A stretch of 64,000 nucleotides of DNA from a virus. A program made the translations under genes and the position numbers. Below the pieces are notes generated by a model, which searched no databases, had not been told where the DNA came from, and saw only the letters and a list, made by a program, of their open reading frames with translations. The stretch is from the IMG/VR virus record IMGVR_UViG_3300020159_001918, positions 8,201 to 72,200 of that record; one strand, 5' to 3'. Shown piece after piece: positions 13,601 through 22,686 of the stretch (its first letter is position 1; each line of letters starts with the position of its first letter).

Positions 13601-16062
13601 GGCCATTGTTTACGGCACTAAGCGATGGCCTATCAGGTCTAATGAACATGTTTAGAATGTCAATGCTTCAGATGGGATATGGTTTGTCTAATATAGACAA
13701 CTTCTCTAAGCAAGCAAATATTATGAATAAAGTATTAAACGATTCTATTTACTACTCATTAGGAAGACCTGGATCACTTCTAAGGGCCATTGACAATCCA
13801 TTCACTAGAGAGTATGGTGAACCAGTAGTTGAAGTACGTGAGCCATTCCAAAAAATACATTACTTAAGTTCATTTTCAACTATCATAGCCAATAATATAC
13901 AAGAAACTACAACCAACGTAGCAACTCAAGTAACCGCTGTATCTGAAGGAAAGTATCCAGTAACAGTAGCTTTGGATAAGAGCATTCCAGCAGAAAGACA
14001 GGTTGAAAAAACTGTAGAGACTGGTTTATTTTTTGACAATATAGCTGGCGAAGGTTTATTCGGAATTGCTCAACCGTTGTTCCATCCAATAGAATTTGCA
14101 AGAGGAGCAATAAAGTTATCTCAAGGTGCGCCAGATGAACTAATGGCAAGAAGAGTTGCTCTGGCTCATCTTAAGGAATCTTTAAAAGATATTTATTCTG
14201 GAGAGTTAATTGTAATAGGAAGTCCAGACATAAGACCTCATGACTTAGTTTATCTAGCTGACGTCTATGAAAGAATGTATGGAATTTTTGAAGTTGAACA
14301 AGTAGTTCATCACTTTACTCCAAATATGGGATTCATTACATCTATCACACCTAACGCTCTTGTAACAATAAATGATCCAGCTAGATGGTTTATGTCCAGT
14401 TGGATTCACTCTTGGATGTCAATTCAGAATATAAGAAATGATACAAGAAGTTTAATTAACTCAGTGCAAGCTGGAAGTACTGGAATCTTGTCTGGTGGAA
14501 ATATCTCCGTTGATGGAATGTCAGAGGCGCTAAGGTCACAAATGATGGGTGGCGTACAGTTTACTCATGGATCAAGCGCACTCATGTCTGACATAATGGC
14601 AAACTTTGCGGCCGAAGGATTAACAGATGCTCAATCTCAAATAGAGAATCAGATGAAACAAAACTCTGAAAATGGAATGAGCTTAACTGGAATTGCGGCA
14701 ACTTACTTGACTACCGTTGGTATAACTGCAACAGCTGGAGCGCTTCTTGGTGGCCCAATTGGTGCTGGAATTGGTGCTGGAATAGCATCTGATTTATTCT
14801 GGAAGGGCTGGAAGTGGGTAAGGGATAATGTGCTAGATCAGCACGGTTGCTATATATCTTACTTGAATAAAAATGGTCAACCAATGGACGCAAGTCTTGC
14901 AATAAATCAAGGAATGGTTGTTGGTAGATATCACACTAAGAGACTTCTTCCTGGCATTTTGGGAGTAAGAAGTAAAGTTAGAACCGTTGATGGAAACGCA
15001 TTTATCAGAAATGACGATTTGCTTAAGAGCTTAGGTTGGAAAGAAAAAGAAATAACTGACTTAGTAAGATATGTAAGTTATGAAAATGCACTTGTCAACG
15101 CTGAGGTATTAAAGTATTCTGGAACTGGTCCAGATAAAACTGGATTAAATCAATACTTTAAAGTAATATGCAAATTAAATAATGTTATAGATGGTGACGA
15201 GATAGAAGTAATAGATTTAATGAACCCAACTGGTCAACCATTTAAAGTTAGACTAGAAGGAATAATAGCTTCAAGTCTTGGCACTTTTCAAGCCTACACA
15301 AATACTTCTATACAAGCTGGGTATAAACCAGATGATCCAACGACTGCAATAAACGTTAATTCACCAGGTGGAAGAGCAGCAATTTTTGTAAGTGAAAGAC
15401 TCAGAGATAAGCCTTTTGTTATTAGAATTTCTCCAAATGATCAATCTTCAGTTTCTATTTATACAGAAGATGACTTGTCGCCTGGTTCAAGAATTAATAA
15501 TACAAATAGTTATTTTAAGGGTGTTAATTATGGAGACCAAGAAAGAGAAAAATCTTTAGGAACCGTATTTTACAGGATCCTCGATGAGGATAAAGAAACA
15601 AATATTTCTATAGTAAGATCTTTCTTTGTGCAAAATCTTGGCTTAAATATTATACAGAAAAAAGAAAAATTCAAAAAAAATCTTTATCAAGAATCAGTAT
15701 TTGGTCAAAAGTTTGATGAAATATATAACTCAATATATACTTCTGGTATGGAAAATCATTTTGAAATTACTGGAGAAACGGACCCATTATTAACTATAAC
15801 TAATGATGAAAGAAAATTGTTTAATGATTTAGTTAACTTTAAAATATTAGAAGTTCTTTATTCAAAAGCTTCAGAATGGCCATATATTTCTTGGGATGAG
15901 TACTATAATGACGGAGTACCAGCAACTCTTAACTGGGAACTAGTAACAAATAACTTAGCTCAAGTCTACACCGTAGACCTATTAAGAGAGAGAGCATCTA
16001 CTGGCGGCTTAGATAGATCTATACCAATGCCTAGTCTTGTTGAACAAAAGGGTGGATTGTAA
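4654..16062 (+). CDS. Giant phage structural protein (3802 aa), likely tail/baseplate
   Basis: Single uninterrupted ORF between virion genes; no in-phase CGG although many out-of-phase CGG trinucleotides occur. Confidence 0.8.
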   Translation: MTINQQAFDYIKEQFTTKQQADDYVLEIQQITLNANSEILPGPALFKLATIIPGFEGTIGVWAGIRLPWGIKIAPPDFNDIAWRNAAIRALKRQGTRTGENPVDYIVNEILKEFDKKIPTKNIDLTDVAYAKAFEAWYSAPYSKVDSCWHYMESATIMASFIAQRVKDFNIGSDNSADTPQTPEDVQEPPAVEEDLLGPSVERAAVLEEFIQRGAAIIGFDNHDNSYSSISQYYENLVRKNNASFVYDRAFQDNYVNQFIAVASPTMDIIKLNDTYQKSLFYKIEASGLFDLLSYIDAMQAYGRIRLSTLERVKGSAGAANVLDGVRDTGWLQQLTVVLQRLSRDPVTLATIYRYFPELINFFFAALAATADYSNDGKGGGSEDKLNQGQAVLDDLMAALGQEKGQTIFTGAWDLINTGQRIEKAIAEFPFRQNIPPSSPDIFHLRLGASNFYVPPIGIDVQTQFKTSSMGEGALRQKNSPKFNSGYKHTTISMQLFFPNYEEIWGISIEDASKISLKDNFTIDFSGNGDNEEKIDKFLSSLRGLVAAFKYAPFLPIRNHYVNSVYGITGVALQGMSISTIPSYPFALVVTLNLYNFNHKPFLPMLNDFNQAIHWGKFRQYMGKAAGALHNYINEEFLMFGREGLINATKDAMVSVAEAMLDTDRDGDVTQDDLRGMQAASDRLSAQAGISPSKIVNDALLGYKNEVFTTNVVREWTNGSNLSFYMPAETQTKIFTPDVSGFQSAEEKGLSETGRSFWNQMLANFGIDINESAGYHRELDSVITTSTGNVVEFTVSQKILQSIDILTAGRNTTDFQKKAYDFIITSFIFQNQLQLDSDRKAYLRDFDRIENAYEDVQRYVFGAIVFKDETLSQIKSFFKSKALSTSSYLDFMVDEYLEKRAINVGKTNDADWKKQERSLIKDQFAAGYSAMVYERFFKAGPIRDLMEAARERNGSFHIREWEVPMIRVDIDPANAIVTDVSISMSNNIIPLQVQMQDEPTYQHIGGGDSYINISMKVFGEKELIKLRKIFDHINGLARLENAAGVMGFLGIKNIITALAGVKYVLPLSFNVSTIPNFPHVYDVSLRLVDFDIFQQKREQLSSDQQRKMIEEFGTKKNPFLRMKQLWGSFNSYPDFPLEIRNKDSEVVGCLDPDFYFRSFEMFDRDVIHSVTDNKGKLSRLDTFNVDPSQEVTVVTQYGSTSYKGSAIIAKFREYILNDQLDELKAYSRGTLGLKASETASYILQVLKDVDQPYDKFLLDYVDSLDEGEFDTKDLADSSWRISSGQLRGGDLSSSNEEARAKLQAALSGNQEKDGFAEDAYVSFDPDELDGHAIINTFPAAAGAFDTKIPSMIHTADGYQFGYIDKKNGRFYLTVDDVAVKKDSSVEYVGITDTQTPDVGTTKSLTGVPGAKALSEYQYSYSSGDEGKPETMKSNGNSKSVTDHWEKMMIDTQYRDISGRMIRAFPTYMLWLIDEKNFAGTKLFDNFYGLQSIIDFSVVSSEDILGDTLVFRASNMYAKLSTKEATTIFSGNGETDAKPGVDKISLTSGLEQVIDRTLNFARNQLGHMESQYIVDIENIRLKPGVRVHLRVGYGANPNSLHTIFNGVITEVELGEIVTVTCQSDAIELSPVVNSVDKKGSSGHIDGGLNTGLYLSEPRDLMVRLLSMGTSRTREAFAHATKGTVFSENKFGIKHFGMMLYEPLTDEERNKNSGIRNAASDAFLAVGQGSGITGGAGTVAGVLNPFGDNSNGTGIGGSPFGIDVRLPMVGIMRTMWSNFASQPDLELFKRNIYPGNGTGVAQFLGGDLGDGWSNAASLTPEDMPNPRLEYLNRLTDSSWNNLLQRYDGGSENASAAIDNLTQGMEARASGGTATAVLGGGLLAAGAALAIGTGGIALPFIGGAMAVGGGASLLGSLTGRGGVNIWKTFGLVSDLDDDMPGFDEVSFRAQTYMKSVWDLFQMCARLLPNYIVAVRPFEDRSTVFYGKPHWLYTSAVVPITTGFPSEKRAVELGLKTPSYRSPDSELMDLLTKVNKQSNSTADYEAMRQAQNPSISISEIVRQQSSYSDIYAPAGILRGKVINFLDPFRTAYYGNNKTTKEQLFNDIISVIPKNKGYVTVGFHLPIDSSGQASELDIEKIKGIHKEIPQMPLRFSFPFFTDRVAGAVLLDYAFYALSSNKSGEGDDRLKTGTIHDGDKDFEKLGHDTLYTTLIDTEAGLLAGSLTDNREGGSEDEFVINLAGVSFTAAVNPINTFGNDKFIFDLNTSGVAGSKSLIRMPLPSLKEQTRGLNSLEGSWEYEYINQNRITSGSPFSYRDWGSPVSALDEQFYIAMRWPYEITEDKDDEIFKKFKDKYFSDRDVNQFYGKPKDYKNRKVLVYSPTTRTAVVCKPAYFLWGTDKADLINGSLAANDNTDSENRTDDNFINFKSDSFKEVDLAAVVSPDAAYYLGVMHLTENEKEYFGSENDKTGNDNNHANASAQALAKAGLAPVPMPRDCYFTFVDDSVPVGVVTTIYNPANEFNYNGETHVDMDYYIGFGAFSAEGDGKLIAEKANKSGMQKLGISGTADNLERQLELLNERPTAFTNTQWQEYIPVSGITLLDQGHFAEAAARGGNILAGKEQENSYFDYILKAEYSALEREKLYEVLDGELKTTGDEDSGAGRERFAPVYDPAAPESIKAREFFDEGFSPATHVIAGNGRNLSQANDIWDQFRFGYHNEISIKKIFFDAFGMDPDDTTPLPDFLVAILRDPKANPDIFKLFSANGPDSTAVDEFSLLLGSDFIANPNQRTGKPSGTADSMERQIETGVASSVSSDTVKQAIEFARKNLVDAPLDEGGLVRYFDALTKTKYKKLGLFLQSQSNLSLILGADVGGGQPKADDIIKDNFTPKQVFLLIVGMFRQAMWQDAYARAWLVLKPNRQYTSDDMWDFSPVHKIFAAFIDPNQDYASNKRKFLKLLADNKGEGNSAGNVVGVLTHNIDKFWDQNIGPLFTALSDGLSGLMNMFRMSMLQMGYGLSNIDNFSKQANIMNKVLNDSIYYSLGRPGSLLRAIDNPFTREYGEPVVEVREPFQKIHYLSSFSTIIANNIQETTTNVATQVTAVSEGKYPVTVALDKSIPAERQVEKTVETGLFFDNIAGEGLFGIAQPLFHPIEFARGAIKLSQGAPDELMARRVALAHLKESLKDIYSGELIVIGSPDIRPHDLVYLADVYERMYGIFEVEQVVHHFTPNMGFITSITPNALVTINDPARWFMSSWIHSWMSIQNIRNDTRSLINSVQAGSTGILSGGNISVDGMSEALRSQMMGGVQFTHGSSALMSDIMANFAAEGLTDAQSQIENQMKQNSENGMSLTGIAATYLTTVGITATAGALLGGPIGAGIGAGIASDLFWKGWKWVRDNVLDQHGCYISYLNKNGQPMDASLAINQGMVVGRYHTKRLLPGILGVRSKVRTVDGNAFIRNDDLLKSLGWKEKEITDLVRYVSYENALVNAEVLKYSGTGPDKTGLNQYFKVICKLNNVIDGDEIEVIDLMNPTGQPFKVRLEGIIASSLGTFQAYTNTSIQAGYKPDDPTTAINVNSPGGRAAIFVSERLRDKPFVIRISPNDQSSVSIYTEDDLSPGSRINNTNSYFKGVNYGDQEREKSLGTVFYRILDEDKETNISIVRSFFVQNLGLNIIQKKEKFKKNLYQESVFGQKFDEIYNSIYTSGMENHFEITGETDPLLTITNDERKLFNDLVNFKILEVLYSKASEWPYISWDEYYNDGVPATLNWELVTNNLAQVYTVDLLRERASTGGLDRSIPMPSLVEQKGGL

Positions 16063-16064
16063 TA

Positions 16065-18819
16065 ATGTCTGATTTTAATTTTAATCTAAATGACTTTAAT
16101 GATTCTGCTGCTTTTATATCAAAGTTGTCGGAAGGCTATAATCCCGATGGAGCGAATAGCTTACATACTTCAGCTTCAAAAGAAAAGTACGCAAATCAGA
16201 CATTAACATCTAGAAATTTAACAGACATAATGGCTGGACGGAGCATTAACTAGAAATCCTGCAGCATTAGCAGACGCATCGTCTAGGTTCGTTAGATCAT
16301 CCCTTCATTCCATTCTTGCAACGGGAATTCAGTCTGGTGATGCATTCCAGATAGCTAATCCAGATTATCAAGGACCGGGAGATGTTGATGTATTAAAAGG
16401 TGACCAAGCATACTTGAAAGTAGTTTCTCAGTCTTTAGTTGGAACTGGTTTTGCACCAACGTCAGTTCTAAACCCTTTACTAGAATCAACAAATGGAAAA
16501 TGGCCAGGAAATGATAAGTCTAAAGTTGGAGATTCCACTGGAGCACTATTCACACACAATAGCACCGCCTATACAATAGATAGTGAAGCTCCAGGCTTAG
16601 GAGAAAGAGCTATTGCAGCAGAAGAAGAATTAAGTGAAGAAGAGAAGCAAATTTATATAGACAGAGGAACATTACTTAAGCAATCTATTAATGAGCCAGC
16701 TTTAACAATTGGGTTTGATTTTGACATACCAGATGTTCTATCTTCCTATTCTTTCGTGCAAACAAATTCATATTATAATGTTGACTCAACTGAGTTATCG
16801 GTTGAATCATCGTTAATAAGTTCTCCTAAGAAAAAAGCATTTATTAGCGCTTCTCTAATAGAATGTTTATTAATGATGACAGATGTAAATAAAGGCGTTA
16901 AAATAAATGGAACATTTGCTCTTAATAGAGCAGTGTTGTCAGAAAGCGATAAGACGAGTAGGCATTCAAATCCAGAAAGTGGAATTGACAAAAATAATAA
17001 GAACTCTATTTCTGATCATGTTTTTGGAAGAGCATTTGATATTAGATCAGTTGGTGACTATGGCGTGATAAGAGGTAAAGAGAGATACGCAGTTGCCTTA
17101 GATATTGTTTTGCAAAAGTTAAACACAATGCCACAACCCCTAATGCCAGATCTTATAGTAATTGATCCAGACGTTGCAAAGGATAAGGGAATTGGAGAAG
17201 GTTATGAATCAGCTGACACCGCAATTAAAACACAATATCCAAATCTAAAATATGTTAACTTTGAATTTGGTCCAGAACACACAGAAAATATACACATTAG
17301 TTTTAGTCCACAAAGAGGTGGTAAATATATTGGTTCTGGTGGCTGGACAACCTCTGATGCTTCAGCTCAAAAGTTTGATGAAAATGGAAACCCAGTAGAT
17401 GATTCAGCAAGTGGGGCATCAGCAAAAGAAAAAGCCTATAAAAATTACAAAAATGGTGGTCCACCAATAACTCCTTACGAGCTATTCATAATGCTTTCTC
17501 AAGAAGGTCCATTCTCTGACGAGGCAGCAGCAATTTTTTGTGCTGTAGCAGGACGAGAGAGTGGAGCTAGCCCAGCGGGTTATAACGGCAAATGCTTTGA
17601 TAATAAAACAAGTTGGGGTGGTGACGTTTCAGTTGGAATGTTTCAATACAATTTAATTTCTTTGATAAAAAGATCAACTAACGCATCAAACGACGTACCA
17701 ATTTATTACGATGGTTCCGCTGCAACAAAACAATTAGTTAAAGCTCACAGGTTGATGTACTCTGCTAGTGAAGCTTCTTCTTGGGATCCCAATGCAGTAG
17801 CAAAAAAATTAGTAGAGATTTACAGCGCAACCACCAATAAAGAAGCGTCAAAGTCTACCACCGATGATAGGTTGTGGTTTCCAATTAATCAAGTGTGGAT
17901 GCTAATGGACAAGTGGGGTAGAGCAGATTTCAAAAACGTAAATAAGATAGATGCATCTAATGGTTTTTATCATTGGGGAGATTATGATAACTCAAATAAA
18001 ACACCAAGATCTGATTGTGGATTTATATTTGAAGTAAAATTCCAAAACGCTGTTAATGTATATCTAACAACGGGAAAACCTATAACAACTTTAGAAGATT
18101 GGGTTAGAACAAACTTTAAAAAGCACAATAAAAGAACAATAAATTACATAGAACAATGGATGCAGGGCACTGTATTCTACGATCACCCTAAAGATGGTTC
18201 GTTGATAAATGAAGGAGCCAGTGGAGTTATCACCTATAACGTTGAAGTAGTTGAAAAACAAGGTGCTGATGGAGATGGGTCTCCCGCATCATTTACTAAG
18301 AATCAAATCGAAGAAGCTGCAGACTGGATTAGTACTAATAAAATTCCTCAATGGTTGACTAAGTACCGTCCAGATCTTTTGGATCCCCCTAATTTTGGCT
18401 GTGATAGATTTGCCAGAGTTCTCTCAGCGGCTTTAGGGTTATTTGGTACAGCCCAAACTGCACTGTTTACAGATGAATGGACAACCGCCGGCAACGCACC
18501 TGAGTACACTGTGCCTACACCTAGTCTTAGCTCATTCCCAACAGCAGGAGAACACCTGTCTAATCTTATATCTAGCTCCTCATTCTATGGACCAAACACC
18601 GAATTTGGAAAGAACCCACCAGCTGGTTATTTGGTATTCTGGGAGGGTGGAGCCGATGGCTATGGCCACGTAGGGATTTCGATAGGAAATGGTCAGTACG
18701 TTGACCAGCACGATGAGAGTCAAGGTTCGGAAAGAATAAGACCAAGAAATATAAATTCAACAACCTTCCCAGGAAGTAAGTATACCTATGCTGGAACATC
18801 ATCTGCGTGGAGCGCATAA
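16065..18819 (+). CDS. Baseplate/tail lysin-like protein, 917 aa, with lysozyme-like and C-terminal CHAP/NlpC-P60-like regions; +1 shift at CGGA 16239-16242
   Basis: ORF 16065..16253 joins the frame of 16414..18819; motifs FCAVAGRESGASPAGYNGKCF..GGDVSVGMFQYN and DRFARVL...PPAGYLVFWEGGADGYGHVGISIG. Confidence 0.75.
16239..16242 (+). other. +1 recoding site / four-base codon CGGA
   Basis: ...ata atg gct gga CGGA gca tta act aga aat cct...; target frame stop TAA 16228-16230, source frame stop TAG 16251-16253. Confidence 0.88.
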
Positions 18820-18830
18820 GGAGATAACAT

Positions 18831-19193
18831 ATGAAACAGTATCCAAAGTTTGATGAAAAATTAAATTCACACATTAGCAATAATCAGCTTCAGCAATCTA
18901 AAACAAGATCTGGAACTATTATGTCTTATAATAAAATGACCAATACAGCTGTAATTATCCTAGACGATAGGATGACAAATCAAGTTGGCAACATATTAAG
19001 AAGCGTTCCATGTCCATCTACCCTTGGCGTACAAAGCGTTGCACCAACAGCCGGCACAAGATGTATAGTTGGTTTTGCTGATGCCAATGAAAGATTTCCG
19101 CATATAGTATCATATATAGACGATACAAATAGCGTAGGAAGATATATGCCCAACTACAGTGTAGACACTGGTGTACCAAAGTTTATGGTTTAA
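18831..19193 (+). CDS. Small baseplate/spike OB-fold-like protein (120 aa)
   Basis: Complete ORF in baseplate cluster; TNTAVIILDDRMTNQVGNILRSVPCPSTLGVQSVAPTAGTRCIVGFAD. Confidence 0.5.
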   Translation: MKQYPKFDEKLNSHISNNQLQQSKTRSGTIMSYNKMTNTAVIILDDRMTNQVGNILRSVPCPSTLGVQSVAPTAGTRCIVGFADANERFPHIVSYIDDTNSVGRYMPNYSVDTGVPKFMV

Positions 19194-19194
19194 A

Positions 19195-19899
19195 ATGTCA
19201 GAAAAAATTCATGCACAAAAGTCTTTCGAATCAGTAGCTGGCAAGACCGCTTCTGAGTTAGATGAATTAAGTAGGAGAAAAAACTTTTCCCAAAGAGAAG
19301 TAGGACTTACTCATCCGGATAATTCATCTTTTATAAGACTAACGGATTCTGGTGATATAGAAATATTTTCAGCGCCTGGAGTAGGTATAGTCATAAATGG
19401 ATCAACAAAAACCATTTCTCTTTTTGCGGATAATATTAAGTTTTTTACAAAAGAAGATGGTTTAAAATGGAACTCTATGGAGTTTAATCATTCGGCAACT
19501 GTGTTTTCCGAGCCAGCATTTGTCAGCGCAAATGATAAATCTTATAATCCAGCTTTTTTAAATATGGATCATTACATAAAGAATTTAGATTTAATAGACC
19601 AAGAAGATTCACAACAGACAGTTACTATTCACGGCAGCTACGCCTATAGGGAGACTACTAACACTGATGTTGTCTCAGTGGATGTATTGGAAAATTCTTC
19701 ATTAGATAATGATTTTACAAAAGAAGATATTATTAAATTAGATTCTTTTTGGGATAGGAACTCTTCTGCGTTGTTTAATGCAGAGAGTATGTCAAAGGCT
19801 AATTTAATAAATAGAATAAGAGACCTAATGTCTAATGGGCGTTCGATAAACCAGGCGTTAGATATTGTTAAAGAAAGCATAGGAGACAATAATGTCTGA
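19195..19899 (+). CDS. Hypothetical baseplate-cluster protein (start ATG 19195)
   Basis: Complete ORF; MSEKIHAQKSFESVAGKTASELDELSRRKNFSQ. Confidence 0.6.
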   Translation: MSEKIHAQKSFESVAGKTASELDELSRRKNFSQREVGLTHPDNSSFIRLTDSGDIEIFSAPGVGIVINGSTKTISLFADNIKFFTKEDGLKWNSMEFNHSATVFSEPAFVSANDKSYNPAFLNMDHYIKNLDLIDQEDSQQTVTIHGSYAYRETTNTDVVSVDVLENSSLDNDFTKEDIIKLDSFWDRNSSALFNAESMSKANLINRIRDLMSNGRSINQALDIVKESIGDNNV

Positions 19900-20272
19900 T
19901 TTTTACATCAGCCTTAGTGGTGATTTAGTGGTAAATGGATCTGGAGATTTGGGCTTAGTCCAATCTATGTCAGAAAAAGATATACAGCATGTATACATGA
20001 GGTTAATGACTGAGCCAGGTGACTTCTTCATCTACCCTCAACTGGGGACTCAACTGTCGATGCTATATGGAATGCCTCAAAACCCTCAAACTGGTGACTT
20101 CGGTAAAAGATTAATTCGTGCAGCCCTAGAAAGAGAAGGGGTTTTTAAAAACAGACAAATTACTATTGAAGCAGTACCGGTTTCCGCAGACTCCATTAGG
20201 TTTGATGTTTATTTAATGGGTGACTTAAATGAACCTACGATATTGTCCATAACGCAAGACTTAGGAGCCTAA
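19892..20272 (+). CDS. gp25/W-like baseplate wedge protein
   Basis: GDLGLVQSMSEKDIQHVYMRLMTEPGDFFIYPQLGTQLSMLYG...ALEREGVFKNRQITI; family-typical size and position upstream of a J-like gene. Confidence 0.8.
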   Translation: MSDFYISLSGDLVVNGSGDLGLVQSMSEKDIQHVYMRLMTEPGDFFIYPQLGTQLSMLYGMPQNPQTGDFGKRLIRAALEREGVFKNRQITIEAVPVSADSIRFDVYLMGDLNEPTILSITQDLGA

Positions 20273-20273
20273 A

Positions 20274-21434
20274 GTGGTATCAGTTAACATAAAGAGTAAA
20301 GAGCAAATGCTGGTAGCTACTCTTAACGCCCTGCAAAAAAACGCAGGAATCAGTGCCATCTCTCCTGGATCAATAGCTAGAGCTTTTGCGGAAGCAATTC
20401 ATTCTGAAATTAGCGATCTTTATAACTCCTTAAAGGTGAGCATAGAGCAGTCTAATCTTTCAACGGCTTCAGGAATCAACCTAGATATGATAGGCACCCT
20501 ATATAACGTGCAGCGTAGAACGATATCATCTGAACTAGTCCCAGAAAGAGTTACTGGAAATATAGAATTTTATTTAAATACAACTCACAGTTCAACCGTA
20601 ACCATTCCAAAGGGAACGCTCGTATATAATGATACGACAGCATTTTCTTCAACCCAATATCAGTATGAGCTAAATTCAGATATTGTTATAACAACTGGCA
20701 ACACAAGGGCCTATGGGTCAGTTAAGGCAAAATTTGCAGACAACAATGTAACTGCAGCTAGAAATACCTTGGTAAAACATAATTTCATATCACCTCCGGG
20801 TATCGTAGTGTACTGTAATAATCCGAAGGAAGTTTATAGTAGTCTTAACTCTGAATCTGACGATAACTATAGAAGAAGAATAGTTTCAGGAATTAGAGGT
20901 TCCTCTTCAGGTACCGCAGAATCCGTTAGGTTTGCAGCCTTGTCAGTTAAAGGTGTAAGGGATGTAAAAATAAGAGAAGCTTCTCTTGGTGTTGGTACTT
21001 GCGATATAGTTGTTATACCAGAAACTCAAGCTGGAATAAGTATAATGAGTCAGTTGGTTTACGAAAAAATTAAAGCAGTTAAACCAGTTGGTATTAATAT
21101 GAATCTTAGAATAGCTACTAAAAAATTAGTAGATGTTTCAGCTACCTTGACCCTAAGAGAGGGAACAGCGGGAGCAATTGCTAGAAGCGTAGAAAATCAA
21201 TCAAAGATTTTCTTAAATAGATATTTAAACAGTCTCACAATTGGTGACTCAGTTTCAATATCAGAAATAGAAAGACAGATGAAGCTTTCTTCAGAGCTAA
21301 TCATGTCTGTCACTGTTGGTAATATTAAGGTAGACAATAGAAATATACCCAATAAAGATTATAGACTATCTGATGATAAAAGTTACATGGCTGCTGGTAC
21401 GCTTAGCCTATTCTCTGTTATAATGGGAGCGTAA
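20274..21434 (+). CDS. Baseplate J-like protein
   Basis: 386 aa, GTG start, follows gp25-like gene; AGISAISPGSIARAFAEAIHSEISDLYNSLK and FNNPGGTAESVRFAALSVKGVRDVKI-type region. Confidence 0.8.
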   Translation: MVSVNIKSKEQMLVATLNALQKNAGISAISPGSIARAFAEAIHSEISDLYNSLKVSIEQSNLSTASGINLDMIGTLYNVQRRTISSELVPERVTGNIEFYLNTTHSSTVTIPKGTLVYNDTTAFSSTQYQYELNSDIVITTGNTRAYGSVKAKFADNNVTAARNTLVKHNFISPPGIVVYCNNPKEVYSSLNSESDDNYRRRIVSGIRGSSSGTAESVRFAALSVKGVRDVKIREASLGVGTCDIVVIPETQAGISIMSQLVYEKIKAVKPVGINMNLRIATKKLVDVSATLTLREGTAGAIARSVENQSKIFLNRYLNSLTIGDSVSISEIERQMKLSSELIMSVTVGNIKVDNRNIPNKDYRLSDDKSYMAAGTLSLFSVIMGA

Positions 21435-21457
21435 ACTAGTAGAAAAGGTGTAAATTA

Positions 21458-22675
21458 ATGTCTGAACAAACTTACTCTGTTATAAGAAAGCAGATAGTAA
21501 AAGCAAAAAACATGACCCATGCAAGAATGGTATCAGAAGGGTATGATAACTTTCCTGGCGAAGTACTACATGATGATTGTGAAATAATAGAAACTGGAAT
21601 AACAGAAGTGTGGAACGAAGAAGAGCAAGACGCTCAAATCTTCTTAGATAGTCATGAAGCCACAGCCGCTGATCAATCTATCTTTTTAAGATCCGAGAAC
21701 AGACGTTTGGCTAAAATAGCTGAAAAGAATAAGAACGTAAAAGACGAAACAGTTTATGCAGTGTATCAAGCTGCATTTGATGCCTTTTCATCTATAGAAA
21801 CTGCTCCCATTAAGGGCCCAACACTTAAGGTGTTACCAGGGGTTCCTGAAACGGCAGTAGCGGTATTTGCGGATTGGCAATTGGGTAAGATAACTCCTGA
21901 TTATAACTCTGAAGTTTTGGCAGAAAGAATAGAAGTTTATACTCAGAAACTACTAGAAATAACGGAAATACAAAGGAAGCATCATCCTGTTAAGAATCTT
22001 CACGTATGGCTATTGGGTGACATCGTAGAGGGTGAAGAAATATTCCCAGGACAAGCTCACCTTATAGATTCTGGACTCTATAGACAAGTAGGCGTTAACG
22101 GTCCAGCAATTCTGAGCAAGTTCTTTGACACTGTATTGCAACACTTTGAGCACGTACATGTTACTGGCGTGATAGGAAATCACGGCGCAGTAGGCGGACG
22201 TGGTAGAAAGATGCATGATCCAGAAACAAATATGGACAGACTGCTTTACAAGTCGATGGAATTCTTTTACAAAGAAGGAAGACAAGAGCCAAGAATAACT
22301 TTTAATATTCCAGACGGAAAAGGCGAAAGACACTGGTATGCTGTAGACACTATAGGTAACTACAGTTCCTTGCTAATTCATGGTGATCAAATGCCTGCAC
22401 CAGGACAATATCACGGCTACTATAAGAGGGCAATGGGGTGGAAAGATGGCGCAATCCCAGAGCACTTTGAAGATATATTTATGGGCCACTATCATCAGCA
22501 ATTTAAAATGACCATAGGTAGCTCAATGCTCAGGGTCTCAGGTTCACCAGAAAGCTACAACACCTATGCTCAAGAGTATTTTTCCTCAATGAGCAGACCG
22601 TGTCAGCATTTGATGTTCGTTCACCCTGAGAATGGAGTTACTTGCGAATACAGCATTTGGCTAGATGCGGTTTAG
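21458..22675 (+). CDS. Calcineurin-like metallophosphoesterase
   Basis: VFADWQLGKI, LLGDIVEGEE, GVIGNHGAVGG, LLIHGDQ, FMGHYHQQF metal-binding motifs. Confidence 0.85.
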   Translation: MSEQTYSVIRKQIVKAKNMTHARMVSEGYDNFPGEVLHDDCEIIETGITEVWNEEEQDAQIFLDSHEATAADQSIFLRSENRRLAKIAEKNKNVKDETVYAVYQAAFDAFSSIETAPIKGPTLKVLPGVPETAVAVFADWQLGKITPDYNSEVLAERIEVYTQKLLEITEIQRKHHPVKNLHVWLLGDIVEGEEIFPGQAHLIDSGLYRQVGVNGPAILSKFFDTVLQHFEHVHVTGVIGNHGAVGGRGRKMHDPETNMDRLLYKSMEFFYKEGRQEPRITFNIPDGKGERHWYAVDTIGNYSSLLIHGDQMPAPGQYHGYYKRAMGWKDGAIPEHFEDIFMGHYHQQFKMTIGSSMLRVSGSPESYNTYAQEYFSSMSRPCQHLMFVHPENGVTCEYSIWLDAV

Positions 22676-22686
22676 GAATTTAATAA

